Below the pieces are notes generated by a model. It saw nothing but the letters and a program-made list of their open reading frames with translations, had not been told where the DNA came from and searched no databases. Positions 25,807 to 34,225 of a stretch of DNA of 64,000 bases are shown here, one piece after another; the first letter of the stretch is position 1, and each line of letters starts with the position of its first letter. Location of the stretch: the NCBI GenBank assembly GCA_017548075.1, contig JAFYNL010000034.1, forward strand, positions 24,191-88,190. The letters run 5' to 3'. A program made the position numbers and the translations under genes. This DNA comes from Bacteroidaceae bacterium. GTDB taxonomy: Bacteria; Bacteroidota; Bacteroidia; Bacteroidales; Bacteroidaceae.

Positions 25807-27122
25807 TGATTCTAGAAGAAAGAATAGAGTATTTCGCCAAGGTTGTACCTGATAAAGCGGCAGTCATCTGTGACGAACAGACTATCTCCTATTCATGTTT
25901 GTGGAAACACATTCAAGAGAAAGCACAACAAATGAAAGAAGATGGAGTCTGTGAAGGCAAGCCATATGTCTTTTTAGCTACTCAAGATGCGGACTTCATT
26001 GTGACTTATTGTGCCGTTCATGTCTGTGGAGCAGTTGCAATTCCCTTAGAGCGTTCCACTCCAACAGAACGGCAGCAACAAATCATAAACGAGACAAAAG
26101 ACTTTTCCTTCGCTTCAGGTACTAGCGATATCCTTTATACAACTGGCACTACTGGACTTGCCAAAGGTGTCATTATCTCTGAGATAGCATGGCAAGCCAA
26201 TGCGGAAAATCTGATAAACAGGCTTGGTTTTACTTCAGATTTGCTCTTTATCGTATGTGGACCGCTGAATCATCTTGGCAGCCTTTCCAAGATATATCCC
26301 ACTCTCATGATGGGAGGTACATTATATATAATGGAGAACCTCAAGGACCTCAACGCCTTCTTCTCTGTCTTCGAACTGCCTTTCACGAAGTTCGCCACCT
26401 TCCTCGTGCCTTCGAGTATAAAGATGCTTTTGCAGTTCGCTTCAAAAGAGTTGGTTGCTGTCAGTCAGAAGATAGACTTCATTGAAACGGGAGCAGCAGC
26501 CATCTCTCAGCATGATATGGAGTTGCTATGCCAGATACTTCCTCATTCTCGGCTTTTCAATACTTATGCATCGACAGAAACGGGTATCGTATGCAGCTAT
26601 GAGTTTAGTGAATATGGCTGTCAACCAGGGCTTTTGGGCAAGCCGATGAAGCACTCCTCTGTTCGCATCGATGAAAATGGAAGAGTAGTTTGTTCTGGCA
26701 AAACCATTATGTCTGGGTTTGTAAATAGTTCAGACCTGACTGCACAAGTCCTTAAAGGATGTGAAGTTTATACTTCCGACATCGGTTCTCTCGATGAGAA
26801 AGGGATGCTCCATTTGCTAGGACGAAAGGACGATATCATTAATGTAGGAGGTTATAAAGTAAATCCTTCGGAAGTGGAGGATGCTGTCCAAGCCTACGAA
26901 AACATTCAAGATTGCATCTGTATTCCTGCTAAACATATCGTTCTAGGCACAGTACCAAAGCTACTATACGTTCCCAAGCAAGGGCAAGTCGTAAAGCCAA
27001 AGGACATTGCCGACTTTCTGAAAGGACGCATAGAGAGCTACAAGATTCCACTACTCTACGAAGTCGTAGATGCCATCAAGCGCACTTATAATGGCAAACT
27101 CGACCGCAAAGCATATAAATAA
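25806..27122 (+). CDS. ANL-superfamily adenylate-forming enzyme (acyl/aryl-carrier protein ligase)
   Basis: 438 aa. YTTGTTGLAKGV (A3), YASTETG and GGYKVNPSEVE motifs. TAATG overlap with the carrier protein gene. Confidence 0.85.
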   Translation: MILEERIEYFAKVVPDKAAVICDEQTISYSCLWKHIQEKAQQMKEDGVCEGKPYVFLATQDADFIVTYCAVHVCGAVAIPLERSTPTERQQQIINETKDFSFASGTSDILYTTGTTGLAKGVIISEIAWQANAENLINRLGFTSDLLFIVCGPLNHLGSLSKIYPTLMMGGTLYIMENLKDLNAFFSVFELPFTKFATFLVPSSIKMLLQFASKELVAVSQKIDFIETGAAAISQHDMELLCQILPHSRLFNTYASTETGIVCSYEFSEYGCQPGLLGKPMKHSSVRIDENGRVVCSGKTIMSGFVNSSDLTAQVLKGCEVYTSDIGSLDEKGMLHLLGRKDDIINVGGYKVNPSEVEDAVQAYENIQDCICIPAKHIVLGTVPKLLYVPKQGQVVKPKDIADFLKGRIESYKIPLLYEVVDAIKRTYNGKLDRKAYK

Positions 27123-27133
27123 AAAACATAAAT

Positions 27134-29086
27134 ATGACTAATCGTAAATCGTTTAATGCAAAATGGGCATTGCTGCCTCTTTGCCTCTTTCTATCCCTTT
27201 GCATAAAGGCAAAGGATGTGAGAATCGCTTCGCCAAACGGCAAACTTGTGGTAACAGTTAACGACGACGATGGCCTCGCCACTTATAGCGTCACACTGAA
27301 CGGCCAGCCTGTACTGCTCCCGTCAAGACTCGGCTTCAAGGCCGACTTCGGGGACTTTACACAGGGGCTTTCCATTACCAACAGTTCCGAAGGCACTGGC
27401 ACTGGCGAATACCCGATGCGGCAGGTGAAGCAGTCCCTCATCAGCTATAAGTGCAGCACACTCTTAGTCACCTTCCACAACAGCCGCAACCAGGAGATGC
27501 AGGTAGACTTCTTCATCAAAGACAATGACATCGCCTTCCGCTACATCATCCCCCGTCAGCAAAGGGATAATCCCAAGTGCGCCGTCATCTATGAAGAAGC
27601 AACCTCCTTTTGTCTGCCTGACGGCACCACGACTTTCATCAGTCCGCAGATTGACCCAATGAAGGGATGGGAGCGCACCAAACCAAGCTACGAAGAAGGC
27701 TACGCACCCGATGCTCCAATGGACAGACGCTCGGCATACGGTCAGGGATACACCTTCCCATGCCTTTTCCACCTCAAAAACGGCTGGATGCTTATCTCTG
27801 AGACTGGCGTCGGCAGCAACTATTGCGGCTCCCACCTCAGCGACTATAAGGAGGGAGGCTATCAGATTGCCTATCCTCAGCAAGGCGAGAACAACGGCTT
27901 CGGCTCGACAGGAGCACAGATAAGTCTGCCTGGAGCTACGCCCGGACGCACCATCACCGTTGGCGAGACGCTGGCTCCCATCGTCGAGACCACGATTGTA
28001 TATGATGTTGTATGGCCGCTCTACGAAGCAACAGAGAACTACAAGAGCGGGCGCTACACTTGGAGCTGGCTCATCTGGCAAGACCCAAGCGTCAACTACG
28101 ACGACCAGGTGAAGTTCATCGACACTGCCGCAGCAATGGGCTATGAGTTCTGCCTGGTGGACGGCAACTGGGACACGCAAATAGGTCGCGACCGCATCGC
28201 CGAACTCTCTGCATACGCTCAGAGGAAAGGCGTTGCGCTCATGCTCTGGTACAACTCCAACGGGGCTTGGAACGATGCGCCGCAGACGCCGCGAGGCATC
28301 ATGTCGAACAGTATATTGCGCGACAAGGATATGGCTTGGATGAAGAGCATCGGCGTGAAAGGCATCAAGGTGGACTTTTTTGGAGGCGACAAGCAGGAGA
28401 CGATGCGACTGTATGAGGACATCCTCTACGATGCCAACCGCTACGGCATTCAGTGCATCTTCCACGGCTGCACCATTCCGCGTGGCTGGGAACGTATGTA
28501 TCCCAACTACATTGCGAGCGAGGCTGTGCTGGCTTCCGAGAATGTCTATTTCAACGAGGGAGCCGCTATTCACGAACCCTTCGACCTCACCCTTCATCCC
28601 TTCTGTCGCAATGCCGTTGGCACGATGGACTGGGGCGGCGTAATTATGAACAAGTACCTATCGAAGGACAACAAGAGTCGTCATTCGCGCAAGACGACAG
28701 ACGTCTTCGAGATTGCCACTGCCTTCACCAATCAGACCGCCATTCAATGCATTGCCATTCAGCCCAACAACTTGCAGGAGTTGCCGCAAGTGGAGCTCGA
28801 CTTCCTCAAGACCATTCCTGCCACTTGGGACGAAACGCGATTCATCGATGGCTATCCTGGCCGCTATGTGGTAATGGCTCGCAGACATGCAGACCAATGG
28901 TATATTGCTGCCCTCAACGCACAGAAAGAGCCGCTCATTCTGTCGCTCGACATCAATAATTATAATGTAAAGAATCTACTTATAGACAATAGTCAACAGA
29001 CAACAGAGAACAGACCGATAAAGGCCGACAAGAAAGGAAAAGTGAAACTGACAGTACAACCTAACGGCGGAGCTGTCTTGTACTAA
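27134..29086 (+). CDS. Glycoside hydrolase family 97 protein (alpha-glucosidase/alpha-galactosidase type)
   Basis: 650 aa. Signal peptide, N-terminal SPNGKLVVTV...LNGQPVLLPSRLGF, and a catalytic region with GIKVDFFGGDKQ, typical of GH97. Confidence 0.8.
   Translation: MTNRKSFNAKWALLPLCLFLSLCIKAKDVRIASPNGKLVVTVNDDDGLATYSVTLNGQPVLLPSRLGFKADFGDFTQGLSITNSSEGTGTGEYPMRQVKQSLISYKCSTLLVTFHNSRNQEMQVDFFIKDNDIAFRYIIPRQQRDNPKCAVIYEEATSFCLPDGTTTFISPQIDPMKGWERTKPSYEEGYAPDAPMDRRSAYGQGYTFPCLFHLKNGWMLISETGVGSNYCGSHLSDYKEGGYQIAYPQQGENNGFGSTGAQISLPGATPGRTITVGETLAPIVETTIVYDVVWPLYEATENYKSGRYTWSWLIWQDPSVNYDDQVKFIDTAAAMGYEFCLVDGNWDTQIGRDRIAELSAYAQRKGVALMLWYNSNGAWNDAPQTPRGIMSNSILRDKDMAWMKSIGVKGIKVDFFGGDKQETMRLYEDILYDANRYGIQCIFHGCTIPRGWERMYPNYIASEAVLASENVYFNEGAAIHEPFDLTLHPFCRNAVGTMDWGGVIMNKYLSKDNKSRHSRKTTDVFEIATAFTNQTAIQCIAIQPNNLQELPQVELDFLKTIPATWDETRFIDGYPGRYVVMARRHADQWYIAALNAQKEPLILSLDINNYNVKNLLIDNSQQTTENRPIKADKKGKVKLTVQPNGGAVLY
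28983..29017. repeat. Heptamer block (tagacaa tagtcaa cagacaa cagagaa cagaccg) inside the GH97 gene
   Basis: Read directly; encodes DNSQQTTENRP in the same frame as the KS blocks. Confidence 0.85.
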
Positions 29087-29149
29087 CCCCACACCAACTG
29101 GCAACAAACAAAGAAGGCTGGCAACATAAGAGTTACCAGCCTTACTTTG

Positions 29150-29230
29150 TGCCCAGAACAGGAATCGAACCTGCACGCCTCGCGGCACGCGCACCTGAAA
29201 CGCGCGCGTCTACCATTCCGCCACCTGGGC
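29150..29230 (-). tRNA. tRNA-Leu (anticodon CAG)
   Basis: 81 nt. GCCCAGG acceptor, D-arm GCG-GAATGGTAGA-CGC, anticodon loop TTCAGGT (identical to E. coli Leu-CAG), long variable arm, T-loop TTCGATT. Confidence 0.9.
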
Positions 29231-29283
29231 AAGAAAGAAAAAAAACGAGCCTTGATGCGTCAAGCACCTTGAGCCTCGTTTTG

Positions 29284-29356
29284 AGCGGAAAACGAGACTC
29301 GAACTCGCGACCCCAACCTTGGCAAGGTTGTGCTCTACCAACTGAGCTATTTCCGC
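29284..29356 (-). tRNA. tRNA-Gly (anticodon GCC)
   Basis: 73 nt. GCGGAAA acceptor, anticodon arm CAACC-TTGCCAA-GGTTG, T-loop TTCGAGT. Confidence 0.92.
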
Positions 29357-29367
29357 CTGACATTTTG

Positions 29368-29449
29368 TGAAGAGGAGGAGACTCGAACTCCCACGCCTCG
29401 CGGCACTACCACCTCAAAGTAGCGCGTCTACCAATTCCGCCACCTCTCC
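29368..29449 (-). tRNA. tRNA-Leu (anticodon GAG)
   Basis: 82 nt. GGAGAGG acceptor, anticodon arm CTACT-TTGAGGT-GGTAG, long variable arm, T-loop TTCGAGT. Confidence 0.9.
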
Positions 29450-29526
29450 AACAAACGTTGTCTTTTCAGTAAATTCGGCGCCTTTTTCAAGGCTACCTTT
29501 ATTGCCATTCCTCCGAATTGCGAGTG

Positions 29527-29534
29527 CAAAGGTA
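29527..29534 (-). promoter_or_regulatory. -7 promoter box (tacctttg on the minus strand) for the tRNA cluster
   Basis: About 77 nt upstream of the tRNA-Leu(GAG) 5' end. Confidence 0.4.
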
Positions 29535-29631
29535 CATCTTTTTTCGAAACTGACAAAACATTCCGATACTTTTTTCCACATTTATCTGATTTTTTCACCT
29601 CGAAAGCCTTGCATGACCTTATAATTTATAG

Positions 29632-29639
29632 TAACTTTG
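29632..29639 (+). promoter_or_regulatory. -7 promoter box (taactttg)
   Basis: 39 nt upstream of the ATG at 29679. Confidence 0.45.
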
Positions 29640-29678
29640 TGGTGCTTTTAGGACAAACTTTAACCAAAACATACAACT

Positions 29679-30509
29679 ATGAAAGCATTGACATTGACCT
29701 TAGGACTTGCAGTTGCAGCAATGATGGCGACTTCCTGCAAGCCCAAAGCAGAGCCGCAAAAAGTGCTCGTGCTCTACTATTCACAGACTTCGAACACGAA
29801 GGTTGTGGCCGAAGAAATTGCTTCGAAACTTGGTGCAGACATCGAGGAAATTGTTCCTGTAGAGCCTTATGACGGGGACTTTCAGGCAACAATCGCACGT
29901 TGCATGAAGGAGCGCGAGGAGGAAGTTATCCCTGAAATTCAGCCAATTCAGGCAGACCTTTCGGCTTACAACATTATCTTCCTCGGCTATCCTATCTGGT
30001 TCGGAACTTACGCTCCTCCAGTAAACGCCTTCCTCAATCAAGTTGATTTGAGCGGCAAGAAAGTGGTTCCCTTCTGCACATTTGGTAGCGGAGGACTCGA
30101 ATCGAGCGTTAAGGAATTGGCTGAAAAACAGCCAGATGCCGAGATTCTGCCTGGCTATGGCGTTCGCGCGGCTCGCTTGGAGGCAGTTCCTGTAGAGGTT
30201 GACCGTTTCCTGAAGGCTGGCGGCTTCATCGAAGGAGAATATGTTGAGCCTGAAGAGTTCCCAGAGCAACACGAAGCAAGTGAGGAAGAGGCTGCCATCT
30301 TCGATGCCGCATGTGGCGACTATCCGATGATGCACGCCAAAGCTAAGACTGTTGCGGCTCGTTCCGTTCCTGAAGGAACTGAGTATCTCTTTACGGCTGA
30401 AGACCTGCCTCGCGAAGGTGATTCCAAGATGCCTCCAGCAGGCGAGATGAAGGTCTATGTACTTGTGGCTGAGGGCGAAACGCCCGTCTTTACTCGCGTA
30501 ATAAGGTAA
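29679..30509 (+). CDS. Flavodoxin-like protein with a lipoprotein signal peptide and an extra acidic C-terminal domain
   Basis: 276 aa. Lipobox MMATSC, then VLVLYYSQTSNTKVVAEEIA (flavodoxin FMN-phosphate loop) and FLGYPIWFGTYAP. Confidence 0.75.
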   Translation: MKALTLTLGLAVAAMMATSCKPKAEPQKVLVLYYSQTSNTKVVAEEIASKLGADIEEIVPVEPYDGDFQATIARCMKEREEEVIPEIQPIQADLSAYNIIFLGYPIWFGTYAPPVNAFLNQVDLSGKKVVPFCTFGSGGLESSVKELAEKQPDAEILPGYGVRAARLEAVPVEVDRFLKAGGFIEGEYVEPEEFPEQHEASEEEAAIFDAACGDYPMMHAKAKTVAARSVPEGTEYLFTAEDLPREGDSKMPPAGEMKVYVLVAEGETPVFTRVIR

Positions 30510-30524
30510 AATAAACATACAACT

Positions 30525-31244
30525 ATGAAGATTCAGTTTAAGTATTGGGGCGAGGCTTTGATTCTCGCCGCAGGACTCTTCCTGGCAGGAGGAGCTATCA
30601 GAAAAGGAATCGTGCAGTTCAAGGAAATGGACCGCACAGTTACGGCCAAAGGTCTCTCGGAAAAAGAGGTGAAGGCCGACAAAGTGACTTGGCCGCTGAA
30701 GTTCAAGGAGTTAGGCAACGACCCGGCTGAGCTCTACGAGACTATCGCAAAGGATACTCGCACAATTGTGGAGTTCCTGAAAGCAAACGGGCTCAGCGAC
30801 GAGGAAATCACGCAGGCTCCGCCTCAGATGGTTGACCAACAGGCCAATATGAGCTACAGTAGTGAGATGGTTCGCTATCGTTACAAAGCAAATTGTGTAG
30901 TGACTGTTGTGAGCAAGAACGTGGATCTCGTTCGCAAACTCGTCACCAAACAAGCCGACCTAATGCGGCAAGGCGTTACCATCATTGGCAATGAATACGA
31001 CGATGATGGAAACGTGAGCTACGAGTTCACAGGCCTCAACACCATCAAGCCCGAGATGATTGCCGAAGCCACAAAGAATGCTCGCAAGACTGCGGAACGC
31101 TTTGCTGAGGATTCCGATAGTAAGTTGGGCAAGATTCGTACTGCCGATCAAGGTCAGTTCAGCATCGAGAGCCGCGACCAGAACACGCCTTGGATCAAGA
31201 ATGTCCGAGTGGTTACAACCGTCGTTTACTACCTGAAGGACTGA
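30525..31244 (+). CDS. SIMPL (DUF541) domain-containing protein
   Basis: 239 aa. N-terminal anchor. Overall pattern (VTAKGLSEKEVKADKV...; C-terminal VRVVTTVVYYLK) resembles SIMPL/BP26-like proteins. Confidence 0.65.
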   Translation: MKIQFKYWGEALILAAGLFLAGGAIRKGIVQFKEMDRTVTAKGLSEKEVKADKVTWPLKFKELGNDPAELYETIAKDTRTIVEFLKANGLSDEEITQAPPQMVDQQANMSYSSEMVRYRYKANCVVTVVSKNVDLVRKLVTKQADLMRQGVTIIGNEYDDDGNVSYEFTGLNTIKPEMIAEATKNARKTAERFAEDSDSKLGKIRTADQGQFSIESRDQNTPWIKNVRVVTTVVYYLKD

Positions 31245-31305
31245 CATAACACAGTTAAAATCCAAACGTAACATGTTAAGTTTGCTGATGACACACGCGT
31301 CGTTT
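31241..31305. repeat. Array of ~3 degenerate 22-bp units (forward), overlapping the stop codon
   Basis: ctgacataacacagttaaaat / ccaaacgtaacatgttaagttt / gctgatgacacacgcgtcgttt. Confidence 0.75.
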
Positions 31306-31391
31306 TTACTCCTCCCTAACGAAATGACGCAAAAGAAACTTTTTCTCGAAAAAAAATTAAAGAAATTGTATTGCAAATTAAAATAAATGCG

Positions 31392-31399
31392 TACCTTTG
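31392..31399 (+). promoter_or_regulatory. -7 promoter box (tacctttg) of the trp operon
   Basis: 26 nt upstream of the leader ATG at 31426. Confidence 0.55.
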
Positions 31400-31425
31400 C
31401 ATCAGCAAACAACAAAAAGAGCAAA

Positions 31426-31485
31426 ATGAGCAAAATGAGAATGACAGTTAACAATTGGTGGTGGCGTGATTCGAGATTAGTTTAG
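31426..31485 (+). promoter_or_regulatory. trpL: trp operon leader peptide ORF (MSKMRMTVNNWWWRDSRLV) with three consecutive Trp codons
   Basis: ATG at 31426 (in-frame ATGs also at 31435 and 31441), TGG TGG TGG at 31456-31464, TAG at 31483-31485. Followed by a terminator before trpB. Confidence 0.8.
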
Positions 31486-31528
31486 TCGCGAAGCACGAGG
31501 CCGTTGTATATTGTCAGAAGAATAAGAA

Positions 31529-31565
31529 AGAGGCTCGTCGATAGCGACGGGCCTCTTTTCTGTTT
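31529..31565 (+). terminator. Attenuator terminator of the trp leader
   Basis: Stem gaggctcgtcg / cgacgggcctc with loop atag, followed by ttttctgttt. The upstream segment cgaggccg (31494-31501) could pair with ggcctc as an antiterminator. Confidence 0.75.
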
Positions 31566-31593
31566 GAAACGATTAAAAACTATAAATAATATA

Positions 31594-32778
31594 ATGTATA
31601 TGAGCTATCATGTTGATGAGAATGGATTCTACGGAGAGTTCGGAGGCGCCTACATCCCTGAAATCCTGCACGGCACTCTCGAAGCGCTGCGAGAGCAATA
31701 CCAGAAGATTATCGATAGCGAGGAGTTCTTGCAGGAGTATTATCAGCTGCTTCGCGACTATGTGGGTCGTCCAAGCCCGCTCTATTTTGCGAAACGAATG
31801 AGCGAGAAGTACGGCTGTCAGCTCTACCTGAAACGCGAAGACCTGAACCATACTGGCGCTCACAAGATTAATAATGCTATCGGACAAATCCTCTTGGCTA
31901 AGCGAATGGGCAAGAAGCGCATCATTGCCGAGACGGGAGCAGGTCAGCATGGCGTGGCCACAGCTACTGTCTGCGCTTTGATGGGAATGCCTTGCCGAGT
32001 TTATATGGGTGCTTTGGATGTCGAACGTCAGCACATAAATGTGGAGCGAATGAAGATGCTTGGAGCCGAAGTGTTCCCTGTTCAGAGTGGCAACAAGACG
32101 CTTAAAGACGCAACAAACGAGGCGATTCGCGACTGGTGTTGCCATCCGAGCGATACCTTCTACATCATCGGGAGTACGGTTGGGCCTCATCCCTACCCCG
32201 AGATGGTCGCCAAGCTGCAAAGCGTCATCAGCAAGGAGATTAAGTTCCAACTGCAAGAGAAGATTGGTCGCGACTGGCCTGACTATCTCATCGCCTGTGT
32301 TGGTGGCGGAAGTAATGCCGCAGGAACCATCTATCACTACCTCGATGATGAGCGCGTCAAACTCGTTCTTGGCGAGGCAGGCGGCAAAGGAATGGAGACG
32401 GAGATGACTGCGGCTTCCCTCAACATCGGAACTGTCGGCATCCTTCACGGCAGTCGCATCAAGGTGATGCAGACAGATGACGGGCAAATCATTGAGCCTT
32501 ACAGCATTAGCGCAGGCCTTGATTACCCGGGAACAGGCCCCATGCATTGCAATCTCTTCGAGACTGGAAGGGCGAAAGTCTATGCCGTAAACGACGACGA
32601 AGCACTTCAAGCCGCCTTCGAACTGACGCGACTCGAGGGCATCATCCCTGCTCTCGAAAGCAGTCACGCTCTCGCTTTGCTGCCAAAGCTGCAGTTCAAA
32701 AAGGAAGATATTGTCGTGCTTACCGTCAGCGGCAGAGGCGACAAAGACCTTGCAACTTACCTGAAACATAAAAAATGA
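31594..32778 (+). CDS. trpB: Tryptophan synthase beta chain
   Basis: [11 protein letters not shown] and [11 protein letters not shown] (PLP lysine) motifs. Start at MYMSYHV (31594) or MSYHV (31600). The ORF-track start at 31504 overlaps the terminator and was rejected. Confidence 0.93.
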   Translation: MYMSYHVDENGFYGEFGGAYIPEILHGTLEALREQYQKIIDSEEFLQEYYQLLRDYVGRPSPLYFAKRMSEKYGCQLYLKREDLNHTGAHKINNAIGQILLAKRMGKKRIIAETGAGQHGVATATVCALMGMPCRVYMGALDVERQHINVERMKMLGAEVFPVQSGNKTLKDATNEAIRDWCCHPSDTFYIIGSTVGPHPYPEMVAKLQSVISKEIKFQLQEKIGRDWPDYLIACVGGGSNAAGTIYHYLDDERVKLVLGEAGGKGMETEMTAASLNIGTVGILHGSRIKVMQTDDGQIIEPYSISAGLDYPGTGPMHCNLFETGRAKVYAVNDDEALQAAFELTRLEGIIPALESSHALALLPKLQFKKEDIVVLTVSGRGDKDLATYLKHKK

Positions 32779-32808
32779 AGAGTGAAGAATGAAAAATGAA
32801 GAATTACT
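32774..32808. repeat. Heptamer block (aatgaag agtgaag aatgaaa aatgaag aattact) spanning the trpB stop and trpE start
   Basis: Read directly; contains the TGA at 32776-32778 and the ATG at 32789. Confidence 0.8.
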
Positions 32809-34225
32809 CCCCCTAAAGGGGGCAGGGGGGGCTTATAAATATCACACAGCGAGCAAGAAGATTCTGGGTGACCTCATCACGCCTGTAAGCGCTTATCTGA
32901 AGGTTCGCGACGCTTATCCGCAAAGCGCTCTCATGGAGAGTTCCGACTATCACGGCGGCGAGAATGCGAAGTCCTTCATCGCGCTTCACCCCATTGCAAG
33001 TGTCAGCATCGAGCACGGCACAGGCATCTGTCGCTTTCCTGACGGCAAAGAGCTTCGCAACAAGATTGGCGAAGGCTATGACACAGCTCGTCTCATCAAC
33101 GATTTTCTCAGCCATTTCAGCATCGAGGGAAGCGATGTTCAGTATTGCGGCTTGTATGGTTACACGACTTTCAACGCCGTTCGTTACTTTGAAAACATCG
33201 CCGTCAAGGACGAGACACACCCCGAGAACGATGCGCCAGACATGCTCTACATATTATATAAAGATGTCGTCGTGTTCGACCACTTTCGCAATGAGCTGAC
33301 GCTTATCGAGCTGCTTGCCGACGGAGAACAGGACGACCTCGACCAGCTGGAACGTGACCTCGGCAGCCGAAACTATCAGGTTTATGACTTCAAGCCTGTT
33401 GGTAACTTCTGGAGCACGCTTACCGACGACGAACATCGCGAGAACATTCGTCGTGGCATACAGCATTGCCTTCGTGGCGACGTCTTCCAGATTGTCCTTT
33501 CTCGCCGCTTCAAGCAGAGATATGAGGGCGATGATTTCAAGCTTTATCGTGCCCTCAGAAGCATCAACCCCAGCCCCTATCTGTTCTACTTCGACTTTGG
33601 CGGCTTCCGCATCTTTGGCTCTTCGCCCGAAACACATTGCCGAATCGAGAACCGACACGCTTACATCGACCCGATTGCAGGCACGACCAAGCGAACTGGC
33701 AACAGCGAGACTGACCGCAAGAATGCAGAGTACCTGCGCAACGACCCAAAGGAGAATGCCGAGCATGTGATGCTGGTCGACCTTGCTCGCAACGATTTGA
33801 GTCGCAACTGCCACAATGTGAAGGTCGATTTCTACAAGGACATGCAATTCTACAGCCACGTCATCCATCTCGTAAGTCGCGTTAGCGGAGAGTTGGACGA
33901 AAGCGCAGATCCCATCAAAGCCTTCATCGACACCTTCCCCGCAGGCACGCTTTCGGGTGCTCCGAAAGTGCGAGCCATGCAACTTATCTCTGAATATGAG
34001 CCTCACAATCGCGGTGCTTATGGTGGTTGCATCGGGTTCATCGGCTTCGAAGGCAACCTCAATCAAGCCATCACGATACGCACTTTCGTCAGCCGAAACA
34101 ACGAGCTTTGGTTCCAAGCTGGTGGCGGCATCGTGGCTAAGAGCAATGTCGAATACGAACTTCAAGAGGTCAATAACAAGCTTGGGGCTTTGCGCCGAGC
34201 CATCGAAATAGCAGGAAAGTTATGA
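32789..34225 (+). CDS. trpE: Anthranilate synthase component I
   Basis: 478 aa. LLESSDY-like (LMESSDYHGG), GDVFQIVLSRRF, YGGCIGF and a GGGIVA-type C-terminus. Confidence 0.92.
   Translation: MKNEELLPLKGAGGAYKYHTASKKILGDLITPVSAYLKVRDAYPQSALMESSDYHGGENAKSFIALHPIASVSIEHGTGICRFPDGKELRNKIGEGYDTARLINDFLSHFSIEGSDVQYCGLYGYTTFNAVRYFENIAVKDETHPENDAPDMLYILYKDVVVFDHFRNELTLIELLADGEQDDLDQLERDLGSRNYQVYDFKPVGNFWSTLTDDEHRENIRRGIQHCLRGDVFQIVLSRRFKQRYEGDDFKLYRALRSINPSPYLFYFDFGGFRIFGSSPETHCRIENRHAYIDPIAGTTKRTGNSETDRKNAEYLRNDPKENAEHVMLVDLARNDLSRNCHNVKVDFYKDMQFYSHVIHLVSRVSGELDESADPIKAFIDTFPAGTLSGAPKVRAMQLISEYEPHNRGAYGGCIGFIGFEGNLNQAITIRTFVSRNNELWFQAGGGIVAKSNVEYELQEVNNKLGALRRAIEIAGKL

Noticed and set aside
29150-29230. 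Possible tRNA with anticodon TCA (a selenocysteine or opal-suppressor reading of the loop)
   Set aside because: Shifting the anticodon stem by one nucleotide gives TCA. Standard numbering from the D-arm (GCG-GAATGGTAGA-CGC-G) places CAG at positions 34-36. The loop TTCAGGT is identical to E. coli tRNA-Leu(CAG), and the acceptor and variable arm are Leu-like rather than Sec-like.
29142-29624. ORFs 29142..29363 (-), 29149..29370 (+) and 29367..29624 (+)
   Set aside because: They run through the three hand-folded tRNA genes (Leu-CAG, Gly-GCC, Leu-GAG) and are not coding.
31504-31593. The ORF-track start of trpB at 31504 (TTG), giving a 30-aa N-terminal extension
   Set aside because: The extension runs through the attenuator terminator hairpin and U-run. 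The conserved TrpB sequence begins at [16 protein letters not shown].
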